From Clostridiales bacterium GWD2_32_19 (lineage in GTDB: Bacteria; Bacillota; Clostridia; Lachnospirales; UBA12420), in contig MGOU01000022.1 in NCBI GenBank assembly GCA_001795385.1, positions 33,566 through 97,565 of the forward strand: a stretch of DNA of 64,000 nucleotides. The letters run 5' to 3'. Under the pieces are notes generated by a model, which ran no database searches, was not told the origin of the DNA, and was given only the letters and a program-made list of their open reading frames with translations. Every line of letters starts with the position of its first letter. The stretch's first letter is position 1. Made by a program: the position numbers and the translations under genes. This document shows positions 17,315 through 27,335 of the stretch, one piece after another.

Positions 17315-19258
17315 TTGGAAAAATATTTTAGAGGATTTGGATTATACATAATTATATTTGTTATAATATTACTAGTTGGATACATGTCACAATATGGTGA
17401 TGATATAAAAAGTAAGCCAGAAAATTACAGCGTACTTATTACAAGGCTTGATGAAGGTACGATAACAAAACTGTCAATAATGCCTTCAGAAAAGGCTGGA
17501 ATGGCTAGAGTAAAGGCAGATACTAAGAGTGAAGCAGGTAAGGAACCGGGTATAAGACTCGAAGTGGATATACCTAATTTACAAGTTTTCATGGATTATA
17601 TAACTAAAAACATTTTGCCAAAACAGCCAGATTTAATAATAAAAACTGAGCAACCAGAAAGTTCTGATGGTTTATTTCAAGTTCTATTTATAACAAGCAT
17701 ATTAATCGTTTTTATAGTAATAATATCGCTCTTCTTTGGACAAATGGGCGGAGGCGGCGGTGGCGGTGGAAATCGCGTCATGTCATTCGGAAAGAGTCGT
17801 GCAAAGTTAGTTGTAGGGGATAAAAACAAAATTAATTTTACGAATGTTGCAGGACTTGATGAAGAAAAGGAAGAAGTGAAAGAAGTAGTTGAGTTTTTAA
17901 AAGAACCTAAGAAGTTCATAGATATAGGAGCAAGAATACCAAAAGGAATTTTACTTGTGGGTCCTCCAGGTACTGGTAAAACTTTACTTGCAAAAGCAAT
18001 AGCAGGCGAAGCAGGAGTGCCATTCTTTAGTATATCTGGCTCTGACTTCGTAGAGATGTTTGTTGGAGTTGGTGCATCACGTGTAAGAGACTTATTTGAG
18101 CAAGCAAAGAAAAGTTCGCCAGGAATAATATTTATAGATGAAATAGATGCGGTAGGACGTAAAAGAGGGGCTGGACTCGGCGGAGGACATGATGAAAGAG
18201 AACAAACATTGAATCAGCTTTTGGTTGAAATGGATGGATTTGAGCCAAATCAGGGAGTTATCGTTATTGCAGCAACAAATAGAGCTGACATATTAGATCC
18301 AGCACTACTTAGACCTGGACGTTTTGATAGAAGAGTACATGTAGGTAGACCTGATGTAAAAGGCAGAGAAGACATATTAAAGGTTCACGCAAAAGGTAAA
18401 TTAATTGCTGAAGATGTGAAACTTGAGGTTATTGCAAAAACAACAGCAGGCTTTACGGGTGCAGATTTAGAAAATTTACTTAATGAAGCAGCCATAATAG
18501 CGGCAAAAGAAGATAAAAAGGAAATATATATGGAACATATAAACAGGGCAATAATAAAAGTTGGTATTGGAACTGAAAAGAAGAGTAGAGTAATATCCGA
18601 TAAGGAAAAGAAAAATACTGCATACCATGAGGCAGGGCACGCCATACTTCATCATGTATTGTCTGATATGGATCCCGTGCATAGTATTTCTATAATACCT
18701 ACTGGACCAGCAGGTGGTTATACAATGCCACTTCCACAAGAAGATAGGATGACATTATCTAAAAACTTTATGAAACATCAAATAATGACTTTACTCGGCG
18801 GTAGAATAGCAGAAAAAATGATATTCGATGATATAACAACTGGAGCAAGTAATGATATACAAAGAGCCACATTAATAGCTAAAAACATGGTTACTAAATA
18901 TGGAATGAGTGATAAATTAGGGCCTATACAATATGGAAGTGACAATGATGAAGTATTTATTGGAAGAGATTGGGGTTCTAAGAGTAATTATAGTGAAGAA
19001 ATAGCTAGAGAAATAGACGCAGAAGTAAAGGATATAATAAATGGAAGCTACGACGAAGCAGAAAAGTTATTAAAAGAAAATATAGAAATAATGCACAGCA
19101 CGGCAAACCTCTTACTTGAAAAGGAAAAAATCACGGGAGAAGAGTTTGAAGCATTGTTTAATAAAGAAGAAATTAAAGTAGAAATTAAAGAAGAAATTAA
19201 AGTAGAAATTAAAGAAGAAATTAAAGAAAAAGTTATAATAAATAAAAAAGATAAATAA
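17315..19258 (+). CDS. ftsH: ATP-dependent zinc metalloprotease FtsH, TTG start
   Basis: Walker [12 protein letters not shown] region, HEAGHA zinc site, two TM helices. The C-terminal EEIKVEIK repeats are unusual. Confidence 0.95.
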   Translation: MEKYFRGFGLYIIIFVIILLVGYMSQYGDDIKSKPENYSVLITRLDEGTITKLSIMPSEKAGMARVKADTKSEAGKEPGIRLEVDIPNLQVFMDYITKNILPKQPDLIIKTEQPESSDGLFQVLFITSILIVFIVIISLFFGQMGGGGGGGGNRVMSFGKSRAKLVVGDKNKINFTNVAGLDEEKEEVKEVVEFLKEPKKFIDIGARIPKGILLVGPPGTGKTLLAKAIAGEAGVPFFSISGSDFVEMFVGVGASRVRDLFEQAKKSSPGIIFIDEIDAVGRKRGAGLGGGHDEREQTLNQLLVEMDGFEPNQGVIVIAATNRADILDPALLRPGRFDRRVHVGRPDVKGREDILKVHAKGKLIAEDVKLEVIAKTTAGFTGADLENLLNEAAIIAAKEDKKEIYMEHINRAIIKVGIGTEKKSRVISDKEKKNTAYHEAGHAILHHVLSDMDPVHSISIIPTGPAGGYTMPLPQEDRMTLSKNFMKHQIMTLLGGRIAEKMIFDDITTGASNDIQRATLIAKNMVTKYGMSDKLGPIQYGSDNDEVFIGRDWGSKSNYSEEIAREIDAEVKDIINGSYDEAEKLLKENIEIMHSTANLLLEKEKITGEEFEALFNKEEIKVEIKEEIKVEIKEEIKEKVIINKKDK

Positions 19259-19264
19259 AACTTA

Positions 19265-19296
19265 AATCACCATTTTAAAAAATGGTGATTTTTTTC
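19265..19296 (+). terminator. Rho-independent terminator after ftsH
   Basis: aatcaccatt..aatggtgatt stem followed by a T-run. Confidence 0.8.
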
Positions 19297-19325
19297 TTGA
19301 CTTTTTATGACAATCATGATATCAT
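19297..19325 (+). promoter_or_regulatory. Sigma-A-like promoter of the Rrf2-nifS-iscU-mnmA operon
   Basis: TTGACT, 17 nt, TATCAT. The 10-bp palindrome atgatatcat overlaps the -10. Confidence 0.6.
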
Positions 19326-19371
19326 AAAAACAATTCCAACTTAAACGATAGGGATTGCGGAGGTGTGAATT

Positions 19372-19794
19372 ATGAAATTATCTACAAAGGGTCAATATGG
19401 GGTAAGAGCTATGATTGTTATAGCGGAAAATTCGAATAATGACAAATATGTTTCTATAAATGATATAGCCGCAAAAGAGAAAATATCTTCTGGATATTTG
19501 GAAAGAATAATATCAAAACTCAAAAAAGCAGGTTTCGTCAAAAGTGAGAGAGGAGCAAACGGTGGTTACATATTAGGGAAAAAACCAAAAGATATAAATA
19601 TGTTTGATATTATGAGCGTTCTTGAAGATAATATAGATGTAATTGAATGTGTAGATGTCCAAGTTTTTGAGAAATGTGATAATCATTGTAATTGCAAAGC
19701 CAGAAAACTTTGGCTAAAAGTAAACGAGGCAGTAGAAAATGTGTTAAAAAACACAACACTTGAGGATATTATAGCAGATAACAATAAAAAGTAA
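19372..19794 (+). CDS. Rrf2-family transcriptional regulator (IscR/CymR-like)
   Basis: MKLSTKGQYGVRAM N-terminus with wHTH, C-terminal Cys residues (CVD..C..C.C). Upstream of the cysteine desulfurase gene. Confidence 0.85.
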   Translation: MKLSTKGQYGVRAMIVIAENSNNDKYVSINDIAAKEKISSGYLERIISKLKKAGFVKSERGANGGYILGKKPKDINMFDIMSVLEDNIDVIECVDVQVFEKCDNHCNCKARKLWLKVNEAVENVLKNTTLEDIIADNNKK

Positions 19795-19813
19795 AAATAA
19801 GGAGAGGAAAATA

Positions 19814-20998
19814 GTGATATATTTAGATAATAGCGCAACTACGCCAGTAAAAAAAGAAGTGATTGATGAGATGATACCATATTTTACAGAGTTTTATGGA
19901 AATCCGTCAAGTCTTTATAAACTTTCTAGAGACACAAAAAGAAAATTAGAAGATGCCAGGGAAAGAGTAGCAACATTACTAGGAGCAGATAAAGACGAAA
20001 TATATTTTACAGCTAGCGGAACTGAGAGTGATAACTGGGCTATAAAACAAATGGCTAGAGTAAATAAAAAAAAGGGAAACCATATTATCACAACTAAGAT
20101 AGAACACCATGCAGTTTTGCATGCATGTGAGGAAATGGAGAAGGAAGGCTTTGAAGTTACTTACTTGGATGTAGACAGTGAAGGGAAGATAAGTCTTGAT
20201 GATCTTAAAGAATCTATAAAAGATACGACAGTACTCATAACAATTATGTATGCAAATAATGAAATAGGGGTAATTATGCCAATTGCAGAAATAGGTAAGA
20301 TTGCAAGGGAAAAAGGGATAGCCTTTCATACTGATGCTGTACAAGCTGTTGGGAAACTGACTATTGATGTTAAGAAAGAAAACATAGATATGTTAAGCCT
20401 TTCGGGACATAAGTTTAATGGTCCTAAAGGGATAGGTGCATTATATGTAAGGAAAGGTATAAGAATTAATTCATTTATGCATGGTGGTGGGCAAGAAAGA
20501 GGCAAACGTGCAGGTACCGAAAATGTACCAGGTATCATTGGTCTAACTAAAGCGTTTGAGGTTTCAACTGAAAATAGAGAAGAGAAAAATAAAAAGGTAG
20601 TAGAACTTCGAGATTACCTGATAGAAAGGGTGCTTGGAGAAATACAATATAGTAGATTAAATGGACATAGAACGGACAGGCTACCTAATAATGCAAATTT
20701 TTGTTTTAGATTTATAGAAGGAGAAAGCTTGTTACTTGCACTCGATAACTTCGGCATATGTGCATCTAGTGGGTCAGCATGTACCTCAGGATCACTTGAC
20801 CCATCACATGTGTTGCTTGCGATAGGACTTCCACATGAAATAGCCCATGGGTCACTAAGACTTAGTTTGTCTGATGAGACAACAAAAGAAGAGTTGGATT
20901 TTACGGTTGAAAAATTAAAAACAGTAGTGGAAAGATTAAGAGATATGTCACCGCTATGGGAAGACTTTTTAAAAAATGGAGGAGAAGACAATGTATAG
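19814..20998 (+). CDS. nifS: Cysteine desulfurase (NifS/IscS type), GTG start
   Basis: PLP lysine region SGHKFNGPKGIGALY, active-site loop SSGSACTSG. Confidence 0.92.
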   Translation: MIYLDNSATTPVKKEVIDEMIPYFTEFYGNPSSLYKLSRDTKRKLEDARERVATLLGADKDEIYFTASGTESDNWAIKQMARVNKKKGNHIITTKIEHHAVLHACEEMEKEGFEVTYLDVDSEGKISLDDLKESIKDTTVLITIMYANNEIGVIMPIAEIGKIAREKGIAFHTDAVQAVGKLTIDVKKENIDMLSLSGHKFNGPKGIGALYVRKGIRINSFMHGGGQERGKRAGTENVPGIIGLTKAFEVSTENREEKNKKVVELRDYLIERVLGEIQYSRLNGHRTDRLPNNANFCFRFIEGESLLLALDNFGICASSGSACTSGSLDPSHVLLAIGLPHEIAHGSLRLSLSDETTKEELDFTVEKLKTVVERLRDMSPLWEDFLKNGGEDNV

Positions 20999-21368
20999 CG
21001 ATAAAGTAATGGAACATTTTAATAGCCCAAGGAATATGGGAGAAATAGAAAATCCAGATGGTGTTGGCACAGTGGGTAATGCAAAATGTGGAGATATAAT
21101 GAGAATGTATTTAGAGGTAAAAGATGATATCATAATAGATGTAAAATTTAAGACTTTTGGGTGCGGAGCAGCGGTTGCTACAAGTAGCATGGCAACTGAA
21201 CTCATAAAAGGTAAAACTATAAACGAAGCGCTAGAGTTAACAAATAAGGCTGTTGTTGAGGCACTTGATGGACTTCCACCTGCGAAGATTCACTGTTCTG
21301 TACTTGCAGAAGAGGCGATAAAGGCTGCAATAGAAGACTATAAAAACAAAAGAAAGGACGCTGAGTGA
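20991..21368 (+). CDS. iscU: Fe-S cluster scaffold IscU/NifU N-terminal type
   Basis: GNAKCGD, FKTFGCGAA, KIHCS cysteine motifs. ATG at 20991 is preceded by ggaggag. Confidence 0.92.
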   Translation: MYSDKVMEHFNSPRNMGEIENPDGVGTVGNAKCGDIMRMYLEVKDDIIIDVKFKTFGCGAAVATSSMATELIKGKTINEALELTNKAVVEALDGLPPAKIHCSVLAEEAIKAAIEDYKNKRKDAE

Positions 21369-21369
21369 T

Positions 21370-22443
21370 TTGGCAAAAGTAGTAGTAGGAATGAGTGGAG
21401 GAGTAGATAGCTCAGTGACTGCGGCTTTGCTAAAAGAGCAAGGCTATGAAGTAATAGGAGTAACAATGAATGTGTGGCAAAAGGAAATGGAAGAAGGATG
21501 TCAAGTTAGGGAGAAAACTTGCTGTGCTCTTAGTGCAGTAAATGATGCCCAAAATGTAGCGTATAAGCTTGGGATAGAATATTATGTACTCAACTTCAGA
21601 GAAGTTTTTAAAAAGGAAGTTATTGATTATTTTATAGATGAATACATAAAAGGAAAAACTCCTAATCCGTGTATTGCGTGTAATAAGTATGTGAAGTTTG
21701 GAGCACTGATGAACAAAGCTAAGGTTCTTGGTGCGGATTATGTAGCAACGGGGCATTATGCTAAAGTTGTGAATAATGAAAATACGGGCAGGTACGAGAT
21801 AAGAAAATCTGTAACTGATAAAAAAGATCAGACATATGCCTTATATAACTTGACACAAGAGCAACTATCACATGTACTGTTTCCACTTGGTGATTATGAA
21901 AAGGAAGAAGTACGGAAAATGGCTGAAAAGCTTGGGCTTGCAGTGGCAAACAAGCCAGATAGTCAGGAAATATGTTTCGTTGATAAGGATTATGCTGATT
22001 TTATAGAGCAAAATACAAATTACAAAGCGAAGATAGGTAATTTTGTAGATAAAAATGGTAAGACTCTTGGTAAACACAAGGGAATAATACATTATACTAT
22101 CGGGCAGAGAAAAGGGCTTGGGATATCTTTTTCGGTACCAAAGTATGTGGTGGATATAAATATAGAAAAAAATGAAGTGATATTAGGAGATAATGAAGAT
22201 TTATTTAGAAACACTTTACAAGCTCGTGATTTAAATTTTATGTCTATTGAAAAACTAGAGGGTGAAATGAAAGTAACCGCTAAAATACGATATTCACATG
22301 CACCATCAGATGCTACAATACTTATGATTGATGCTCAAACTCTAGAATGTAGATTTGCTGAGCCCCAAAGAGCTATAACAAAAGGACAAGCAGTTGTTTT
22401 CTATGATGGGGATGTAATGGTTGGTGGGGGAGTAATAATTTAG
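21370..22443 (+). CDS. mnmA: tRNA 2-thiouridine(34) synthase, TTG start
   Basis: PP-loop GMSGGVDSS, PNPCIACN, DQTY motifs. Confidence 0.93.
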   Translation: MAKVVVGMSGGVDSSVTAALLKEQGYEVIGVTMNVWQKEMEEGCQVREKTCCALSAVNDAQNVAYKLGIEYYVLNFREVFKKEVIDYFIDEYIKGKTPNPCIACNKYVKFGALMNKAKVLGADYVATGHYAKVVNNENTGRYEIRKSVTDKKDQTYALYNLTQEQLSHVLFPLGDYEKEEVRKMAEKLGLAVANKPDSQEICFVDKDYADFIEQNTNYKAKIGNFVDKNGKTLGKHKGIIHYTIGQRKGLGISFSVPKYVVDINIEKNEVILGDNEDLFRNTLQARDLNFMSIEKLEGEMKVTAKIRYSHAPSDATILMIDAQTLECRFAEPQRAITKGQAVVFYDGDVMVGGGVII

Positions 22444-22484
22444 TGGAAGTTGATAGAAAGCTTAACCACAAATGTGAGGTGCAT

Positions 22485-24074
22485 ATGCTAAGAATTTCAA
22501 ATATAAATGTGAATATTGAAGAGGATAGAGATTTAATTGATATAGTAACTGAAAAACTTAAAATTTTGAAGGTTGATATAATTGAATTTAAAATAAAAAA
22601 GGAATCAATTGATGCTAGAAAGAAAGATAGCATCTTTTTGGTATATACTGTTGATGTTAATTTAAAAAATGAAGATCAGGTATTAAAAAATAAGAAACTA
22701 AATGCAGAAAAAATAGAAGAAAAAAGCTATAAAATTCCTGAAAAGGGCAATGTTTTATTAGAAAAAAGACCAATAATAGTGGGGTCTGGGCCTTGTGGAC
22801 TTTTTTGCGGGTTGATTCTGGCTGAAGCAGGGTATCGACCTATAATTTTAGAAAGAGGAAAAGATGTAGATTCTAGAATAAAAGATGTGAAAAACTTTTG
22901 GGATAATAGAATTTTTAATAAAGACTCGAATGTACAGTTTGGTGAAGGTGGTGCGGGCACATTTTCTGATGGAAAACTGACCACCCTCGTAAAAGATGCG
23001 GAATGTCGTATGCAAAAAGTGCTAGAAGAGTTTGTAGAAGCTGGTGCAAAGGAAGAAATCTCATATAAAAACAAACCACATATTGGTACTGATATGCTTG
23101 TTAATATTGTTAAGAATATACGTGAAAAGATTATAAAATTGGGTGGAGAAGTGAGGTTCGAAAGCAAACTTACGGACATTATAGTAGAGAATGATAAGGT
23201 GAAAGCGATAAGGATAAATGATGCTGAGACTCTAGAAACAGAGATGATTGTTCTAGCAATAGGGCATAGTGCAAGAGACACATTTGAGCTTATTTACAAT
23301 AAAGGTATAAAAATAGAACAAAAGCCTTTTTCTATAGGTGTGAGAATAGAACATGAGCAAAGTATGATAGATAAAGTACAATACGGAAATTTTGCGGGAC
23401 ACCCGAGGCTAGGAGCTGCAGACTATAAGCTAGCGTATCATGCTAAAAATGGAAGGAGCGCTTATACCTTTTGTATGTGCCCGGGTGGGGAAGTTGTTGC
23501 TGCAGCCTCTGAAGAAGGAATGGTTGTAACTAATGGCATGAGTAAAAATTTAAGGAATAAGGACAATGCAAATAGTGCGTTACTTGTAAATGTGACTATA
23601 GAGGATTTTGGTTCGGAACATCCTCTTGCAGGCGTAGAGTTTCAAAGAAAGTGGGAACGCAAAGCATTTGAACTAGTGGGCTCAAATTACAATGCACCAA
23701 CACAGTTAGTAGGGGATTTTCTAGAAAGTACAAAATCAGAAAGTATAGGATATGTAAAACCATCATATACTCCTAATGTTAAATTTGCTGATTTGAGAGA
23801 GTGTTTACCACAGTATGTAACTGAAACAATGAAAGAAGCATTGCTTGATTTTGATAAGAAAATAAAAGGCTTCGCATCTAAAGATGCACTGATGACAGGT
23901 GTAGAAACTAGAAGCTCATCACCAGTTAGAATAGTCAGAGGAGAAAATTGGGAGAGTATAAACATAGCAGGCATATATCCCGCAGGAGAAGGTGCAGGAT
24001 ATGCAGGTGGCATAATGTCAGCAGCTATAGATGGTATAAAAGTGGCAGAGATTATAATAAAGAAGTATATATAA
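22485..24074 (+). CDS. FAD-dependent oxidoreductase (COG2509-like)
   Basis: Dinucleotide fold IIVGSGPCGLFCGL. The start is set at the ATG preceded by gaggtg. Confidence 0.7.
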   Translation: MLRISNINVNIEEDRDLIDIVTEKLKILKVDIIEFKIKKESIDARKKDSIFLVYTVDVNLKNEDQVLKNKKLNAEKIEEKSYKIPEKGNVLLEKRPIIVGSGPCGLFCGLILAEAGYRPIILERGKDVDSRIKDVKNFWDNRIFNKDSNVQFGEGGAGTFSDGKLTTLVKDAECRMQKVLEEFVEAGAKEEISYKNKPHIGTDMLVNIVKNIREKIIKLGGEVRFESKLTDIIVENDKVKAIRINDAETLETEMIVLAIGHSARDTFELIYNKGIKIEQKPFSIGVRIEHEQSMIDKVQYGNFAGHPRLGAADYKLAYHAKNGRSAYTFCMCPGGEVVAAASEEGMVVTNGMSKNLRNKDNANSALLVNVTIEDFGSEHPLAGVEFQRKWERKAFELVGSNYNAPTQLVGDFLESTKSESIGYVKPSYTPNVKFADLRECLPQYVTETMKEALLDFDKKIKGFASKDALMTGVETRSSSPVRIVRGENWESINIAGIYPAGEGAGYAGGIMSAAIDGIKVAEIIIKKYI

Positions 24075-24101
24075 TGGCTAGTCCAGAGCATTTGTGTGCA
24101 T

Positions 24102-24160
24102 AAAAACACCTCATTAGAATATATTTTAATAAGTATATATAAATAATGTGAGGTGTTTTT
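24102..24160 (+). promoter_or_regulatory. 12-bp inverted repeat whose 3' arm is the RBS of the next gene
   Basis: aaaaacacctca (24102-24113) pairs with tgaggtgttttt (24149-24160). The 35-nt spacer contains TTAGAA, 18 nt, TATAAA. Confidence 0.5.
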
Positions 24161-24161
24161 A

Positions 24162-25316
24162 TTGAGAAGAATTATAATTTTAGTCGTATTATTAGTATTT
24201 ATTGCTTCTAGTAGTAATATTACTGTATTTGCAGAGAGTATGGAGATAAAAGCAAAGGCATATGTTTTAATGGAGGCAAGTACAGGAAAAGTAATAATGG
24301 AGAATAACTCAGATGAAAAGTTGAAGCCAGCAAGTATAACAAAAGTAATGACGCTTTTGCTTATATATGAGGCGATTGAGGAAGGGAAGATAAAATTAAC
24401 TGATACGGTTATAGTAAGTGAACATGCTGCAGGTATGGGAGGATCACAAGTCTTTCTAGAGGCTAACGAAAAACAAACAGTAGCAGATATGTTAAAGTGT
24501 ATAGTAGTAGCTTCAGCAAATGATGCATCTGTCGCTATGGGAGAAACTATAGCAGGAAGTGAAGAAGCTTTTGTAGGGCTTATGAATAAACGAGCAGAAG
24601 AGTTAGGGATGACGAATACACATTTTGTGAATGCTTGTGGACTTGATGCAGATGACCATTATTCATCGGCAAAAGATGTAGCAATAATGTCAAGGGAATT
24701 GGTAAACAATTATCCAGAAATACATAATTTAACTAAGATATGGCAAGATTCAATAATACACAAAACAAGAAAAGGAGAGAGTGAGTTTGTATTAACGAAT
24801 ACAAATAAACTAGTTAAATCGTATGAATATGCAAATGGGTTAAAAACAGGATCTACAAGTAAAGCGTTATACTGTTTATCCGGTACAGCAGAGAAAGATG
24901 GGATAAAATTTATAGCTGTAGTAATGGCTGCACCTGATTATAAACAAAGATTTAGAGAAGCAATTAAATTATTTGAATATGGGTTTGCAAATTTTAAAGT
25001 CTTAAAGGGTAAAGTAAAAAATGAAAATGTCGGAAGCATAAAAGTCATAAGTGGCAAAGAAGAATTAGGAAATGCTTTAATTAAAGATGATATCAAGTTT
25101 ATTGTAGCTAAAAATGACAAGTCTGAACTTATAACGGAAATTAAGTTAAATGAAAGTATAAAGGCACCTGCGAAAGCTATGGATAAGATAGGAGAGATTA
25201 TTTATAAAATAAAAGATAATGAGGTGGGAAAATCCGATTTAATATTAGAAAAAGATATAGAAAAAGCTAATTTTAAGGATAATATTACTAAAATATTACG
25301 AAAGTTCTACAAATAG
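24162..25316 (+). CDS. D-alanyl-D-alanine carboxypeptidase (S11, PBP5/DacB-like)
   Basis: Signal peptide, SITKVMT (SxxK), KTGSTS (KTG). TTG start at 24162, or GTG at 24153. Confidence 0.88.
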   Translation: MRRIIILVVLLVFIASSSNITVFAESMEIKAKAYVLMEASTGKVIMENNSDEKLKPASITKVMTLLLIYEAIEEGKIKLTDTVIVSEHAAGMGGSQVFLEANEKQTVADMLKCIVVASANDASVAMGETIAGSEEAFVGLMNKRAEELGMTNTHFVNACGLDADDHYSSAKDVAIMSRELVNNYPEIHNLTKIWQDSIIHKTRKGESEFVLTNTNKLVKSYEYANGLKTGSTSKALYCLSGTAEKDGIKFIAVVMAAPDYKQRFREAIKLFEYGFANFKVLKGKVKNENVGSIKVISGKEELGNALIKDDIKFIVAKNDKSELITEIKLNESIKAPAKAMDKIGEIIYKIKDNEVGKSDLILEKDIEKANFKDNITKILRKFYK

Positions 25317-25317
25317 G

Positions 25318-25346
25318 TTGACAAAATATAGAATATATGGTATTAT
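25318..25346 (+). promoter_or_regulatory. Near-consensus extended -10 promoter
   Basis: TTGACA, 17 nt, TATTAT, with TG two bases upstream of the -10. Confidence 0.65.
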
Positions 25347-25374
25347 GTGGTAAAATACACTTAGGAGTGATGTT

Positions 25375-25659
25375 ATGAAGTATTGTTTAAGACATCCATC
25401 AAAATCTAAAGATTTTAAATTTAGACCTGATGAGAGTGATGTAACAAACATAGCAAATTTCTTTAGTTTAAGTGGAGAATTACCACAAGTTATAATTGAT
25501 AAAATTATTAATGCCTATAATCCTAATGAAAATGATTTCAAAGAAATTGAAATTTCACTTTTTGAGTTTTGTAAGCATGGAACTATGAATAAAAAAGTAT
25601 TATCTGAAATAGATAATGCAATTAATGCAATTCTTAAGGGAAATAAGAATGTATATTAG
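25375..25659 (+). CDS. Hypothetical 94-aa protein
   Basis: RBS aggagtg, own strong promoter and terminator. No recognisable domain. Confidence 0.55.
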   Translation: MKYCLRHPSKSKDFKFRPDESDVTNIANFFSLSGELPQVIIDKIINAYNPNENDFKEIEISLFEFCKHGTMNKKVLSEIDNAINAILKGNKNVY

Positions 25660-25700
25660 AGTAAAAAAACGAATTATGATAAAGTTTGGGTGGTTTGTTA

Positions 25701-25738
25701 GCCAGAAAACTAGTGTTCTAGGGTTCTGGTTTTTTATT
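25701..25738 (+). terminator. Rho-independent terminator
   Basis: ccagaa..ctag..ctag..ttctgg interrupted stem followed by tttttt. Confidence 0.65.
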
Positions 25739-25847
25739 TACTAGTAAAGTCCTCCGATTCTGTCATCCTGAGCGAAGTGAAATGTAGTCGAAGGATCTTA
25801 AGTTTCATACTTATATAGTTACCCATTATAACAATAGAATATTAAAA

Positions 25848-25866
25848 TGGTAATATATGAATACCA
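25848..25866. repeat. 19-nt direct repeat / palindromic box, copy 1
   Basis: tggtaatatatgaatacca is identical to 28862-28880. TGGTA-N9-TACCA dyad. The upstream flanks are also similar (cattata..atatta). Confidence 0.85.
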
Positions 25867-25885
25867 AAGATTAAATATTCCCAAT

Positions 25886-25905
25886 AACATAACATAACAT
25901 AACAT
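25886..25905 (+). repeat. Pentanucleotide tandem repeat (aacat)x4
   Basis: Four perfect tandem units read directly from the sequence. Confidence 0.9.
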
Positions 25906-25949
25906 AATAAAATAAAATACTATTATATTTTATTTTATTATGTTATAAT
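25901..25949. promoter_or_regulatory. 19-bp perfect palindrome fused to an extended -10 box
   Basis: aacataataaaataaaata (25901-25919), 6 nt, tattttattttattatgtt (25926-25944). TGTTATAAT at 25941-25949. Confidence 0.6.
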
Positions 25950-26009
25950 TCAGAAAGTACATAAAAAATGGAAATATGTAAAATATTATATAACTTAGGA
26001 GGAAAATAA

Positions 26010-27335
26010 ATGAAAAAGTACTTGAAGATTTCTAGTTTGCTGGGTGTACTCGGGGTATATTTATGGGTAAGGTGTTTCAAGGTACCTTTAAATAATGAGG
26101 TGTTAAATATATCTTACTTTACATATGAGTTTAAGATATGGATTATGGGTTTGCTTATAATTTTATCGTTATTTGCGATAGTACTACTATTAATATCTGC
26201 AGGAAATTTCAAAATAGGTATATTGAAAATAGTTATAGGGATTATTTTGTCCATAGTATTGAATATTAATTTGTTAATAGCGTTAGGGTTCTATGCTATA
26301 AACATGCCTATAGAAGGGAAAGTAGAAGAATACAAGTATAATCTTGAGAAAGTAACGGAAGAAGAGAAAAGTAATTATCTCAATTTATGTGCTAGTAAAA
26401 ATAGTATGTATAAAAGGATAGAAATACTACTAAATAAGAACATAGGTATTCCAGAAAATCTAGTAATGCTCCCACAAGTTAGTGAATATGAGCTAGTAGG
26501 TGATATAGTGAGTTCGTGTAAGGAAAAAATCAAAAAAATAGATGAAGAAGGAATTAACATAGAAAATTATGATAAAGCAATAGAACTATATATATATTAT
26601 AATAATATCGCTAGTAGAATGTTAAAGGTAAAAAATGTTGATAGATTATGGCTTGGTTATATAAAAAGTATTCCGAACAAAACAATGGAAAGTCTAATAA
26701 AAAATCATGAGTCTATACAAAAAGAAGATTTTGATAAGCTGATAAAGATCTGTGAAAGTAATATAAATGTATATAATGATTGTATAAATAATGTTAATAA
26801 TGTAACTAGTCTTATAGCATATAACCCTAAAAATTATGAATATTTAAATGAGATGTGCAATTGGCCTTTATATGATAATAATAAAACTTTAAAAGTAGTG
26901 CATATGATAATAAATAATAGTATTAATAATAATTTGGCAGAGAATTCTAAAATGTACAAACAAATAGAAAAGCAACCGTTTACTAATATGGCTGGTTTTA
27001 CAAATAAAGTGGGTTGGTTTTACGAAAATACGACAGGATTACTAAAGGAATATAAAAGTGATAATGGGTATTATGCACTATCTTTCGGTAGCTTTAGTAT
27101 GACATTTCTTTTAGTTGAACCTGAAAAAAGCAGTAGATTAGCTATTTTGAAATACATTCAAACTGGTAATAAAAGCTTACTTGATGGAAATGTAGCAGTA
27201 CATGAAGATGACGATAAAGTGGTTTTCGAACTTTCGAATGAAAAAGATTATACAACAAAAGAAAACCGTAAAATTGTATTTAATAAAATAAAGCATAACA
27301 TAGAAACTCCAATACTAGGAGGTACACAAAGATGA
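26010..27335 (+). CDS. Hypothetical membrane-anchored protein (N-terminal TM helices plus about 330-aa soluble domain)
   Basis: RBS aggagg. Three or four hydrophobic helices in the first 100 aa. No recognised domain. Confidence 0.6.
   Translation: MKKYLKISSLLGVLGVYLWVRCFKVPLNNEVLNISYFTYEFKIWIMGLLIILSLFAIVLLLISAGNFKIGILKIVIGIILSIVLNINLLIALGFYAINMPIEGKVEEYKYNLEKVTEEEKSNYLNLCASKNSMYKRIEILLNKNIGIPENLVMLPQVSEYELVGDIVSSCKEKIKKIDEEGINIENYDKAIELYIYYNNIASRMLKVKNVDRLWLGYIKSIPNKTMESLIKNHESIQKEDFDKLIKICESNINVYNDCINNVNNVTSLIAYNPKNYEYLNEMCNWPLYDNNKTLKVVHMIINNSINNNLAENSKMYKQIEKQPFTNMAGFTNKVGWFYENTTGLLKEYKSDNGYYALSFGSFSMTFLLVEPEKSSRLAILKYIQTGNKSLLDGNVAVHEDDDKVVFELSNEKDYTTKENRKIVFNKIKHNIETPILGGTQR

Noticed and set aside
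17746-17770. GGC/GGT-rich run encoding Gly7 in FtsH, as a possible slippage tract.
   Set aside because: The codons are mixed (ggc gga ggc ggc ggt ggc ggt gga), so this is not a homopolymeric or perfect repeat. A glycine-rich stretch here does not look unusual to me for FtsH.
25750-25797. gtcatcctgagcgaagtgaaatgtagtcgaaggatc, reminiscent of another widespread intergenic repeat motif.
   Set aside because: There is a single copy in the window with only a 5-bp stem, so a family or function cannot be supported from this sequence alone.
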